Assembly (NCBI RefSeq): GCF_000007145.1
Contig: NC_003902.1
Coordinates: 997,436 to 1,029,435, forward strand
Source: Xanthomonas campestris pv. campestris str. ATCC 33913
GTDB lineage: Bacteria > Pseudomonadota > Gammaproteobacteria > Xanthomonadales > Xanthomonadaceae
Direction of reading: 5' to 3'
Length of the DNA: 32,000 bases
A model generated the notes under the pieces. That model saw only the letters and a list, made by a program, of their open reading frames with translations, was not told where the DNA came from and did not search any database. The translations under genes and the position numbers were made by a program. Positions 16,568-26,431 of this stretch are shown here, in pieces; position 1 is the first letter of the stretch, and each line of letters opens with the position of its first letter.

Positions 16568-18265
16568 ATGAGGCAGTCAACGGTTGGCGCAGTGCGCTAC
16601 GCGGCGTGTGTGTGTGCGATGGCGTGTGTGTTTCAGGTATCGGCCGGCGAGGTCAACCTGCAGGGCCTGGCATCGGGCTCGAGCCACCAGCGTTTCATCG
16701 TCAGCTACAAGGACCGCGTAGGCAGCACCCGCGCGACCGGGCTGTCGGCTCCGTGGGGCGAGATCGCCCGCGCCGTCCCTAGGCGGCAAGGGCGCGCGCT
16801 GGGCTTGTCGGCCATGCGTCGGCTCAGTGCCGGCCCGATGCTGCTGGTGGCCGATCGGCGCCTGGACCGGGTCGACTCGGAAAGCCTGATGCGCCGGCTT
16901 GCCGCCGACCCGACCGTCAAGCGGGTGGAAGTGGACGTGCTGATGCGGCCGCTGCTGGCGCCCAACGACCCCGGCCTGCCACAGCAGTGGGCGATGGGAA
17001 CCACCACCGCCAGCCTCAATGTCCGCCCGGCCTGGGACCGCACCACCGGCAAGGGCATCGTGGTGGCGGTGATCGATACCGGCATCACCGCGCATCCGGA
17101 CCTGGCCGCCAACGTGTTGCCCGGCTACGACTTCATCACCGACCCCACCGTCGCAGGCGACGGCAACGGGCGTGACAACAATGCCGCCGATCAGGGCGAT
17201 TGGTCCGCGGCCAACGCTTGCGGTGCGGGCGCGTCGGCGTCCAATTCCAGCTGGCATGGCACCCATGTCGCCGGCATCGTTGCCGCAGTTGGCAACAACG
17301 CGGCCGGGGTGGTCGGCACTGCCTTCAACGCCAAACTGTTGCCGTTGCGCGTGCTCGGCAAATGCGGTGGCTACATGTCCGATATCGCCGATGCCATCGT
17401 GTGGGCATCTGGCGGCAAGGTGACCGGCGTGCCGGCCAATCCGAATCCCGCCACGGTGATCAACTTGTCGCTCGGCGGCTATGGCAGCTGCTCGACGATC
17501 ATCGGCAATGCCATCACCGGCGCGGTCACGCGCGGCACCGCCGTGGTAGTGGCGGCCGGCAACAGCAACATGGATGTGGCCACCAGCATGCCGGCCAATT
17601 GCGCGAACGTGATTGCGGTGGCGGCAACCACCTCGGCCGGCGCCAAGGCCAGCTTCTCCAACTTCGGCAAGGGCGTGGACATCGCCGCGCCCGGCCAGGC
17701 GATCATTTCCACGCTCAATAGCGGCACCACGGTTCCAGCCAATCCGGCCTACGCGGTGTATAGCGGCACCTCGATGGCGGCGCCGCATGTGGCCGGCGTG
17801 GTGGCGTTGATGCAGTCGGTGGCACTTAACCCGCTGACGCCGGCAACGGTGGAGGCGCTGCTGAAGAGCAGTGCACGCCCGTTGCCGGTGGCGTGCGCTC
17901 CCGGCTGCGGTGCGGGCCTGGTCAATGCCGATGGCGCGGTGGCGGCGGTGATCAATGCCACGCTGCTGACCAGTAATGCAGTACGCACTGGCCTGAGCGC
18001 GGCGATCGGCGATTCGCTGTATTACCAGGTCAAGGTGCCGGCAGGCACGCGCTCGCTCAAGGTCACGCTCAGCGGCGGCAGCGGCAATGCCGACCTGTCA
18101 CTGCGCGCCAATGCACTGCCCACCGACGCTGCCTTTGGCTGCCGCAGCATGCTGGTCGGCAACACCGAAGCCTGCACACTGACCGCACCTGCGGCAGGCA
18201 CGTATTACGTGCGACTGAAAGGAACGCTGGCGTTCTCCGCGGTCAACCTGGTGGCGACGTACTGA
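16568..18265 (+). CDS. Secreted S8 serine protease with PPC domain, copy 3 (565 aa)
   Basis: ATG 16568 follows GGGGAGGG. Signal peptide MRQSTVGAVRYAACVCAMACVFQVSA, triad motifs VAVIDTGI, SWHGTHVAGI and SGTSMAAPHVAG, and a C-terminal PPC domain (GNADLSLR...GTYYVRLKG). Confidence 0.9.
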   Translation: MRQSTVGAVRYAACVCAMACVFQVSAGEVNLQGLASGSSHQRFIVSYKDRVGSTRATGLSAPWGEIARAVPRRQGRALGLSAMRRLSAGPMLLVADRRLDRVDSESLMRRLAADPTVKRVEVDVLMRPLLAPNDPGLPQQWAMGTTTASLNVRPAWDRTTGKGIVVAVIDTGITAHPDLAANVLPGYDFITDPTVAGDGNGRDNNAADQGDWSAANACGAGASASNSSWHGTHVAGIVAAVGNNAAGVVGTAFNAKLLPLRVLGKCGGYMSDIADAIVWASGGKVTGVPANPNPATVINLSLGGYGSCSTIIGNAITGAVTRGTAVVVAAGNSNMDVATSMPANCANVIAVAATTSAGAKASFSNFGKGVDIAAPGQAIISTLNSGTTVPANPAYAVYSGTSMAAPHVAGVVALMQSVALNPLTPATVEALLKSSARPLPVACAPGCGAGLVNADGAVAAVINATLLTSNAVRTGLSAAIGDSLYYQVKVPAGTRSLKVTLSGGSGNADLSLRANALPTDAAFGCRSMLVGNTEACTLTAPAAGTYYVRLKGTLAFSAVNLVATY

Positions 18266-18300
18266 TAGCAGGGCAGCCGCCTGGCCGTGCGAGGCAGTGA

Positions 18301-18337
18301 CGCGCTGGTGCCTGAGGCAAGGCGCCAGCGCGTTTCT
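18301..18337. terminator. Hairpin terminator between convergent protease 3 and ybaK
   Basis: CGCGCTGGTGCC-TGAGGCAA-GGCGCCAGCGCG forms a 12-bp stem with one G-U pair, followed by TTTCT on the plus strand. Confidence 0.55.
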
Positions 18338-18390
18338 ATGTATGGCGGACGCAAGGCTGGCTTACCTGCGCTATTTCGGGCGTGGCAGGC

Positions 18391-18864
18391 TCACTCGCAG
18401 AGCGGGTAAGCGCGCGCGCCGAGGACATGCACAATCTCGGCGCCGGCCAGTTCCAGCAGCAGGCCACGCTGGCCGGCGTTGATCCACAACGCAGGTGCGT
18501 CGAGCACGCTGGATTCGATCAGCACCGGCGTGGGCCGCTGCTGCCCGAGCGGGCTGATGCCGCCCACCTTGTAGCCGGTGCGGCGTTCGGCATCGGCCAC
18601 CTCCATCATGCGCGCGGACTTGCCGCCGCAGGCGCTGGCAAGGGTCTTCAACGACAAGCGGCGGTCGCACGGGATCACCACGCAGATCGCGTGCTCGTCC
18701 ACCCAGGTCATCAGGGTCTTGAGCACCTGGTGCGGCGGCAGTTGCAGCGCCTGCGCAGCTTGCAGGCCCTTGGCGTCGGCATCGGCCTGGTACTGATAAG
18801 GATGCAGCACATAGGCCACGCCGGCCGCATCCAGTGCACGGGTTGCGCGGGTGGCCTTGCTCAT
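18391..18864 (-). CDS. ybaK: Cys-tRNA(Pro)/Cys-tRNA(Cys) deacylase YbaK (157 aa)
   Basis: Full-length match to the YbaK/EbsC pattern (KTLM..., ...GYKVGGISPLG..., INAGQRGL). Confidence 0.85.
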   Translation of the reverse strand: MSKATRATRALDAAGVAYVLHPYQYQADADAKGLQAAQALQLPPHQVLKTLMTWVDEHAICVVIPCDRRLSLKTLASACGGKSARMMEVADAERRTGYKVGGISPLGQQRPTPVLIESSVLDAPALWINAGQRGLLLELAGAEIVHVLGARAYPLCE

Positions 18865-18867
18865 CGC

Positions 18868-19353
18868 TTAGACCGGTTCGAACCGGTTGGCCGCCACGTT
18901 CTTGCGCACCGTTTCCGGGTTCCAGATCCTTCCGTTCATGGCGATGTAGACGCCGGCCGGCAGCGTCTGGACGGCCCCGACCGCGCAGCCGATGTTGAAC
19001 TCGGCATCGGAGCCGCGAAAGCGCGCCGGATTGAGTGCGCCGGTCATCACGATGGTCTTGTCGGCGATCGACTGCAGCACCTTGCCGGTTTCCACCATCG
19101 AATCGGTGCCGTGGGTGATCAGCACCTGTCGGGCGGGCTGCGCCTGGATGGTGGCGCGGATCAGCTCGCGGTCTTCCTGGGTGATGTGCAACGAATCCTT
19201 GCGGATGATCGGGATGACCGTGAAGCGGAAGGTCACGCCCAGTTCCTTGAGGATCTGGCCGATCTGCGGGTCGCCGATCTGGTAGTCCGATTTGTCGTCG
19301 AAGTAGATCTTGTCGATCGTGCCACCGGTGGTGACGATCAGGAGGTCTTCCAT
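18868..19353 (-). CDS. Asparaginase N-terminal-domain-only protein (161 aa)
   Basis: MEDLLIVTTGGTIDK carries the TGGTI catalytic-Thr motif, and HGTDSM is the second conserved motif. It is about half the length of a normal L-asparaginase. Its stop lies 3 nt before the ybaK ATG. The 251-aa track ORF is over-extended. Confidence 0.75.
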   Translation of the reverse strand: MEDLLIVTTGGTIDKIYFDDKSDYQIGDPQIGQILKELGVTFRFTVIPIIRKDSLHITQEDRELIRATIQAQPARQVLITHGTDSMVETGKVLQSIADKTIVMTGALNPARFRGSDAEFNIGCAVGAVQTLPAGVYIAMNGRIWNPETVRKNVAANRFEPV

Positions 19354-19768
19354 TGCTGCGGGTCCTGTAGGGCCGGCGCGGTGCAAGGCCGCGCGAGGGT
19401 CGCCATGATACGGCGCTGGCGCCAGCGGTGCAGGCGATGGCCGGGCAGGGCAGGGCGCATTCCGATGTAGGGCGCGGCAGCGTGAGGCGTGGTGCACTGC
19501 CGCGGCGGTGACGCGGGCGCGTGCGTCACCGCACGCACGCTTTCCTGCGCCATCCTTCCACTGCATGACAGTGCCGCGTTCTGGGATGCCATGCCCATTA
19601 AGTGTCATCGGCCACGCGCACACTCCACACGCCGTTTCACTGGTCGCGATCGCTTTGTTGCGCGGCCTTGCGAGGCAGCAATGCCAACGCGCTGTGCAAC
19701 GGCTGCCTGTGCGCGCACGGTCGTCGATGCGTTGGGTTGGCGCCTTCGTTCAATTCTTGAGATGAAGC

Positions 19769-20986
19769 ATGAAGCCTTCCGTGTTGCTGCGTGCCGTAGT
19801 GCCGTTGATCGGGTTGTGCCTTACCGCCACTGCCGCTGCGCAAACCGTCACGGTCAACCCGAACCAGACGTACCAGACGGTGCGCGGATTCGGCGGGATG
19901 AATGGTGCGGGATGGATCAACAATCTGACCCCCGCGCAGGTGGATCTTGCCTATGGCAGCGGCAACGGACAGATCGGCCTGTCGATCCTGCGCATGCGCA
20001 TCGACCCCTCCAGCAGTGGCTGGAGCCTGCAGGTTCCCACCGCCGCGCGCGTGCGCGCGCTGGGTGGCATATTGTTCGCCACGCCGTGGTCGCCGCCGGC
20101 GTACATGAAGTCCAACAAAAGCCTGGTCAAGGGCGGCAAGTTGTTGTCCACCTCGTACGCCGCCTACACCACGCATCTGCTGGATTTCGCCAACTACCTC
20201 TCGGCGCGCAATGCGCCGCTGTACGCGATCTCGCTGCAGAACGAGCCGGATTGGCATCCAGACTATGAATCCGCAGACTGGAATGGCAGCGACTTCGTCA
20301 ACTATCTCAACGCGGAAGGTGGGAAGTTCGGCGCATTGAAGGTGATCGTGGGCGAATCGGTTGGCTTCACCTTTTCCATCACCGACCCGGTGCTCAACAA
20401 CGCCAAGGCCAGCCAGGCCACGTCCATCGTTGCCGGGCATCTGTACGGCGCGCAGCCAAAGGACTACGCACTGGCGCGCAGCAAGGGCAAGCAGGTCTGG
20501 ATGACCGAGCACTACACCGACACCAGCGATGGCAATGCGTGGCCGTCGGCATTGGGCGTTGCGAGCGAGCTGCATCAGAGCATGGTCGCCAACTACAACG
20601 CCTACATCTGGTGGTACATCCGCCGCAGCTACGGGTTGATCAGCGAAGGTGGTTCGGTCAGCAAGCGCGGGTATGTGATGTCGCAGTTCGCGCGGTTCGT
20701 GCGGCCAGGGTCGGTCCGGATCGGTGCCACCGAGCACCCGTATGCGGACGTGTCCACCACGGCGTACCGCACGCCGGACAACAAGATCGTGGTGGTGGCG
20801 GTCAACACCGGCACCGCCCACCAGCGGCTGGATCTGACCGTGCCGGCCGGCGCGGCCACGCAGTTCGTCAAATACACCACCTCATCCAGCCTCAACGCCG
20901 GCTATGCCGGTGCGTACACGGTGAGCGGCGGCAAGACCTCGCTGTATATCGACCCGCAGAGCATCGCCACGCTGGTGGGGCAGTGA
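19769..20986 (+). CDS. Secreted GH30 subfamily-8-type glucuronoxylanase (405 aa)
   Basis: Signal peptide, then GFGG, SLQNEPD (acid/base Glu), VWMTEHY (nucleophile Glu) and WWYIRRSYG (Arg motif associated with glucuronate recognition in XynC/XynA-type enzymes). Confidence 0.85.
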   Translation: MKPSVLLRAVVPLIGLCLTATAAAQTVTVNPNQTYQTVRGFGGMNGAGWINNLTPAQVDLAYGSGNGQIGLSILRMRIDPSSSGWSLQVPTAARVRALGGILFATPWSPPAYMKSNKSLVKGGKLLSTSYAAYTTHLLDFANYLSARNAPLYAISLQNEPDWHPDYESADWNGSDFVNYLNAEGGKFGALKVIVGESVGFTFSITDPVLNNAKASQATSIVAGHLYGAQPKDYALARSKGKQVWMTEHYTDTSDGNAWPSALGVASELHQSMVANYNAYIWWYIRRSYGLISEGGSVSKRGYVMSQFARFVRPGSVRIGATEHPYADVSTTAYRTPDNKIVVVAVNTGTAHQRLDLTVPAGAATQFVKYTTSSSLNAGYAGAYTVSGGKTSLYIDPQSIATLVGQ

Positions 20987-21068
20987 CAGGCGGGTGCTGC
21001 GGTGAAGGTGGCAGGCAATTGAGTGCGCTGCCCACGGCAATGACCTCGCCGTGACGGTGTGAGTCCAC

Positions 21069-21105
21069 GGCCAGTGGGGCGGGCAGTTCGTCCGCCCCAC
21101 TGGCC
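21069..21105. other. Perfect 14-bp-stem hairpin between convergent genes
   Basis: GGCCAGTGGGGCGG-GCAGTTCGT-CCGCCCCACTGGCC. There is no U-tract on either strand. It may be a bidirectional attenuator or a REP-type stabiliser. Confidence 0.5.
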
Positions 21106-21121
21106 GCCTGCGCAACCCGCG

Positions 21122-22158
<1,037 letters not shown>

Positions 22159-22171
22159 TTACCCTTGCCCG

Positions 22172-23449
22172 ATGTCGCGTGTGAACACCATGCATCAGTG
22201 GAAGGAACGCCTGCGGGACCGTGCACGCACGGCCAGCTTCGGGCGTTTTCTGTGGCGCCGTTTCCTGGACGACCGGCTGTTCCAGGCCGCCGCGTCGCTG
22301 GCCTACACCACGGTGTTTGCGCTGGTGCCGCTGGCGATCGTGGTGTTCGGCGTGTTGTCGGCGTTTCCGGCGTTCAACGAGTGGAAGGACGCGCTCACCG
22401 ACTTCATCTTCAATAACTTTGTGCCAGGCGCGGCGCGCTCGGTGCAGAACTACCTCAACCGGTCGCTCGAGGATCTGGGCAAGTTCACCGTGGCCGGCAT
22501 GGTGGCGCTGGTGGCCTCGTTGCTGATCACCCTGCACAGCATCGAGCAGACCTTCAACAGCATCTGGCGCGTGGCCGCGGCCCGGCCCAAGGTGACGCGC
22601 TTTCTGATCTATTGGACGGTGCTGACGCTGGGCACGATGCTGGCGGCCGCGTCGATGGCCATGGCTGCGTATGTGTTCGCGCTGCCGCTGTTCCGCACCA
22701 CCGAAGGCCAATGGCTGGCCGAATTCGCCTGGCGGCTGGCACCGATGGCGGTGGAGTTCGTCTGCATCGTGCTGATCTACCGCGTGGTGCCGCAACATGC
22801 GGTGCGGCTGCGGCATGCCCTGCCGGGCGCGCTGCTGGCGGTGATCCTGATGGAAATCGTCAAGTGGGGCTTTGGCTTTTACCTGGGCAATTTCCAGACC
22901 TATCAACGCATCTATGGCGCATTGTCGGCGCTGCCGATCCTGCTGCTGTGGATCTACCTGAGCTGGGTGTCGGTGTTGCTGGGTGCCTCGCTGGCGTCGT
23001 CGATGTCGGCGTTCCGCTACCAGCCCGAGGCCATGCGGCTGCCGCCGGGGTTCGAGATCTACGGCCTGCTGCGCCTGCTCGGGCGCTTCCGCCAGGCCCG
23101 CCTGCACGGCAACGGGCTGGACGAAGACCGCATCCTGGCGCTGGAGCCCATGCTCACCGACACCTTGATGCAGGAGCTGCTGTGCGAGCTCAAACGTATC
23201 CGCCTGCTGCGCCGTGACGAGCGCGGCAACTGGCTGCTGGCGCGCGATCTGGACGTGGTGCCGCTGGCCGAGCTGTACGAAAGCTGCCAGCTGCGGGTGC
23301 CGGTCGAAGACCGTCCCTTGCCGTGCCGCGACGACCCCTATGGCCAGGCCGCCGCGGCCGCGCTGGAACAATTGCGTCAACCGCTGCGCAGCGTGCTGGC
23401 GCAGCCGGTCGGCGACCTCTATACCCACCTTCCGGGAGATCCTCCATGA
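22172..23449 (+). CDS. yihY: YihY/BrkB (ribonuclease BN-like) family inner-membrane protein (425 aa)
   Basis: AASLAYTTVFALVPL, multiple TM helices and FNSIWRV are typical YihY motifs. It has a long C-terminal cytoplasmic extension. Confidence 0.8.
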   Translation: MSRVNTMHQWKERLRDRARTASFGRFLWRRFLDDRLFQAAASLAYTTVFALVPLAIVVFGVLSAFPAFNEWKDALTDFIFNNFVPGAARSVQNYLNRSLEDLGKFTVAGMVALVASLLITLHSIEQTFNSIWRVAAARPKVTRFLIYWTVLTLGTMLAAASMAMAAYVFALPLFRTTEGQWLAEFAWRLAPMAVEFVCIVLIYRVVPQHAVRLRHALPGALLAVILMEIVKWGFGFYLGNFQTYQRIYGALSALPILLLWIYLSWVSVLLGASLASSMSAFRYQPEAMRLPPGFEIYGLLRLLGRFRQARLHGNGLDEDRILALEPMLTDTLMQELLCELKRIRLLRRDERGNWLLARDLDVVPLAELYESCQLRVPVEDRPLPCRDDPYGQAAAAALEQLRQPLRSVLAQPVGDLYTHLPGDPP

Positions 23450-24060
23450 CCCTGCGTTCGTTGATGCGCGGCGCCTGCGCGCTGCTGTTGCCGTTGGTCC
23501 TGCTCACCGCCTGCAAGCCCACCGGCGAGGGCACATCGACCACGGCGTCACCGGCACCCACGCCCGCCAACCAGGCGCCGGCGACCCCGCCGGCCGGCAC
23601 TGACCCGGCCGCTGTGTCCACCACTAGTTCGGTGGTGCAGAAAACTGCCGAGATGCCGACCCTGTCGCTGCCCACCGTGTCCGGCGAGACCTACGACCTG
23701 GCTGCGCACCGCGGCAAGTGGGTGGTGGTGAACTTCTGGGCCACCTGGTGTGCGCCGTGCCTGAAGGAGATGCCCGAGCTGTCGGCGCTGCACACCATGC
23801 GCGACTCCATCGAAGTGGTCGGCCTGGCCTACGAGGACATCACCACCGCCGACATGCAGTCCTTCCTCAAGGATCACCCGGTGTCGTATCCGGTGGCCAT
23901 CCTGGACCCGTATCAGCCGCCGCAGGACTTCGCCACCCCGCGCGGGCTGCCGATGACCTACCTGATCGGCCCCGATGGCAAGGTGGCCAAGCAGTTCCTC
24001 GGCCCGGTCACCGCGCGCGACATCGAGACCGCAGTGGGCATCACCGGCAAGGCCGGCTGA
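23446..24060 (+). CDS. TlpA-like thiol:disulfide oxidoreductase lipoprotein (204 aa)
   Basis: ATG overlaps the yihY TGA (ATGA). It has a lipobox (LLTAC) and the thioredoxin-fold motif [10 protein letters not shown]. Confidence 0.85.
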   Translation: MTLRSLMRGACALLLPLVLLTACKPTGEGTSTTASPAPTPANQAPATPPAGTDPAAVSTTSSVVQKTAEMPTLSLPTVSGETYDLAAHRGKWVVVNFWATWCAPCLKEMPELSALHTMRDSIEVVGLAYEDITTADMQSFLKDHPVSYPVAILDPYQPPQDFATPRGLPMTYLIGPDGKVAKQFLGPVTARDIETAVGITGKAG

Positions 24061-24326
24061 TGCAGGCGGCACGCTTCATCTTCACCGGCGTCGTGCAGGG
24101 CGTGTTCTTCCGCGCCTCCACGCGCGAGCGGGCGCTGGCGCTGCAACTGCGCGGACATGCGCGCAACCAGGCGGACGGCAGCGTGGAGGTTGTCGCCGCC
24201 GGTTCCGCTGCAGCACTGGAGGCACTTGAACACTGGCTCTGGCAGGGCTCGCCAGCGAGCAAGGTCGCGTCTGTCACGCGTACGCCATGCGCGATTCCGA
24301 CGACTGAAGCATTTGTAACCGGCTAG
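24060..24326 (+). CDS. acyP: Acylphosphatase (88 aa)
   Basis: ATG overlaps the tlpA-like TGA by 1 nt (TGATG). The signature is FTGVVQGVFFRAST...ARN..DGSVEVVA. Confidence 0.8.
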   Translation: MQAARFIFTGVVQGVFFRASTRERALALQLRGHARNQADGSVEVVAAGSAAALEALEHWLWQGSPASKVASVTRTPCAIPTTEAFVTG

Positions 24327-24413
24327 CCAAAAGTTGCCTGAGCAGGGCAACAGACTTGCGTTTCCTCGCCGATAACCTGGATGTCCACGCGATCAGGCGT
24401 GCAGGGGAAATGT

Positions 24414-25637
24414 ATGGCAGCTCCATCTCAAGACCAGAACAGTGGGCGCGACCTGCCCGAACCTCGCAGTGCATCGGCGCAGCTGGCGCCGTGGCTGTAT
24501 CTGGGCGCGCTGCTGGGCAGCGGCTGGCTGTTGTTCATGCACCCGGCCACGCGGGTGTTGCGCGCCGAGCAGGCCGCCGCCAGCTGGCTGCTGGCCTGGG
24601 TCTTCGCGGGCATCGTGCTGGGTGCGGTGCTGTGGAGCCTGCGCCTGGCGCGGCGCGGCCTGGGCGAGCCGTCGGCCAGCTATCCGTTGTCTGCCCGTCT
24701 TCCCGATTCCTGGGCCGATGCCTACGCCGCGCTGTTGCGGCCGGCCACGGCAGCACCGCTCGCCCCGGCCAAGCCTGATCCGGCCAACGCGCTGCGTGGC
24801 GCCGCCTGGCACCGCTTCGGCGGCGGCATGCTCAACGTCGACGCCTTCGATCCGAACGACGCCACCCGCGCGCCGTGGGATGCGCTGGACAGCCAGGCCT
24901 GCATCGCGCGCCTGGACGAGCTGCGTCCCGCCTGGCAAAACGCCAGCGCCAACCGCGCGCAGCAGCAGGAACGCCGTTATTGGCTGGATGTGGTGCTGTC
25001 GCTGCTCGATCACGGCGTGATGCGCCCGCTGCAGGACGGCTATCTGCCCGACACCGCCGCGCTGCGGACCGAACGCCTGTTGCTGGGCGCCGACGCCGGC
25101 CCGCTGGTGCTGGCCGACGTGCCGGCCCTGTTCGCCCGCCGCCTAGTGCTGGCCATCGAGGCGATGCCCTCGCCGCAGCGCGACGGTGCGCTCGCGCAAT
25201 GGCAGCTGTTGCAGCAGTTACACGCCCTGATCGCCGAAAGCCGCGTGCTGGACGAGCGCTCGCAGGTGATCCAGGTGCTCGCCTGGAACCCGGACGTGGA
25301 CCTGGACCAGGTGGAAGTGGCCTACATCCTGGCCGCCGAATACCGCCAGGGCATGCGTGACTGGCTACGCCGCGCGGCCACCGTGCGCCTGCCCGACACC
25401 GCGCTGCGCCTGGACGAAGTGCTGTTGGCGTCCTGCAGCCCGCTCGGGCCGCAGACCGACGATGTCGACTACATTGAGGCCATGCGCCCGCTGCACCGCG
25501 GTTTCATGCAGTTGTTCGCCCAGCGCCTGAGCCAGTTGGTGGTGCAGGCCGAGCAGGTCGAAGGCCAGGCGGGCGTGCATCCGCTGCCGCGCGCCACTGC
25601 CGCCAGCGATGAAGTCTCTCAGGACTGGCCGGCGTAA
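24414..25637 (+). CDS. Hypothetical two-TM membrane protein with a large Leu/Ala/Arg-rich soluble domain (407 aa)
   Basis: ATG 24414 follows AGGGGA. TM helices are WLYLGALLGSGWLLF and WLLAWVFAGIVLGAVLW. I recognise no family. GC3 bias and length support coding. Confidence 0.6.
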   Translation: MAAPSQDQNSGRDLPEPRSASAQLAPWLYLGALLGSGWLLFMHPATRVLRAEQAAASWLLAWVFAGIVLGAVLWSLRLARRGLGEPSASYPLSARLPDSWADAYAALLRPATAAPLAPAKPDPANALRGAAWHRFGGGMLNVDAFDPNDATRAPWDALDSQACIARLDELRPAWQNASANRAQQQERRYWLDVVLSLLDHGVMRPLQDGYLPDTAALRTERLLLGADAGPLVLADVPALFARRLVLAIEAMPSPQRDGALAQWQLLQQLHALIAESRVLDERSQVIQVLAWNPDVDLDQVEVAYILAAEYRQGMRDWLRRAATVRLPDTALRLDEVLLASCSPLGPQTDDVDYIEAMRPLHRGFMQLFAQRLSQLVVQAEQVEGQAGVHPLPRATAASDEVSQDWPA

Positions 25638-26401
25638 TCGTCGATCGGGGTCAGCACGCCGTAATGCTCCTTGTGCAGCTTGCCGTCCAGTGGCGGCAGC
25701 GGCAGCAGCTCCTGCGGCACCGAGGTATCCGGCAGCCGGTCCAGCAGATCACGGATCAGGCTCAGCCGCCCGCGCTTCTGGTCATTGAAATCCACCAGCG
25801 TCCACGGCGCTTGCGCAGTGTGGGTGGCCTGCAGCATGCGTTCGCGCGCGGCGGTGTAGTCGTCGTACTTGGCGCGTGATTGCAGGTCCACCGGCGACAG
25901 TTTCCAGCCCTTGAGCGGATCTGCGTGGCGCTCGGCAAAGCGTTCTTCCTGCTCGGCCTGATCCACGCACAGCCAGTACTTGAACAGCAGGATGCCGTCG
26001 TCGACCAGCAATTGTTCGAAGCGCGGTGCCTGCTCCAGAAACGCCTGGTACTGCGCGTCGGTGCAATAGCCCATCACGCGCTCCACGCCGGCGCGGTTGT
26101 ACCAGCTGCGATCCATCAGCACCAACTCGCCGGCCGCCGGCAGATGCGTCACGTAACGCTGGAAATACCACTGCGTGCTTTCGCGATCGCTGGGCTTGGG
26201 CAACGCCACCACGCGGCATTGGCGCGGATTGAGATGGCTGGCGATGGTTTGAATCACGCCACCCTTGCCGGCGGTGTCGCGGCCTTCCACCAGCACCAGC
26301 GCGCGCTGGTTGGTGTGCTGCAGCCAGCGTGCCATGCCGACCAGTTCCAGCTGCAGCGGTTCCAGCAGTTTCTTGTAGGCCTTGCGTTTGAGGTGCGACA
26401 T
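25619..26401 (-). CDS. ppk2: Polyphosphate kinase 2 (260 aa)
   Basis: EGRDTAGKGG is the Walker-A-type motif. QWYFQRY, DRSWYNR and the overall length are typical of single-domain PPK2. Confidence 0.9.
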   Translation of the reverse strand: MSHLKRKAYKKLLEPLQLELVGMARWLQHTNQRALVLVEGRDTAGKGGVIQTIASHLNPRQCRVVALPKPSDRESTQWYFQRYVTHLPAAGELVLMDRSWYNRAGVERVMGYCTDAQYQAFLEQAPRFEQLLVDDGILLFKYWLCVDQAEQEERFAERHADPLKGWKLSPVDLQSRAKYDDYTAARERMLQATHTAQAPWTLVDFNDQKRGRLSLIRDLLDRLPDTSVPQELLPLPPLDGKLHKEHYGVLTPIDDYAGQS

Positions 26402-26431
26402 GCGCGTTCCGCCAGCGATGGAGCGCGCAGG

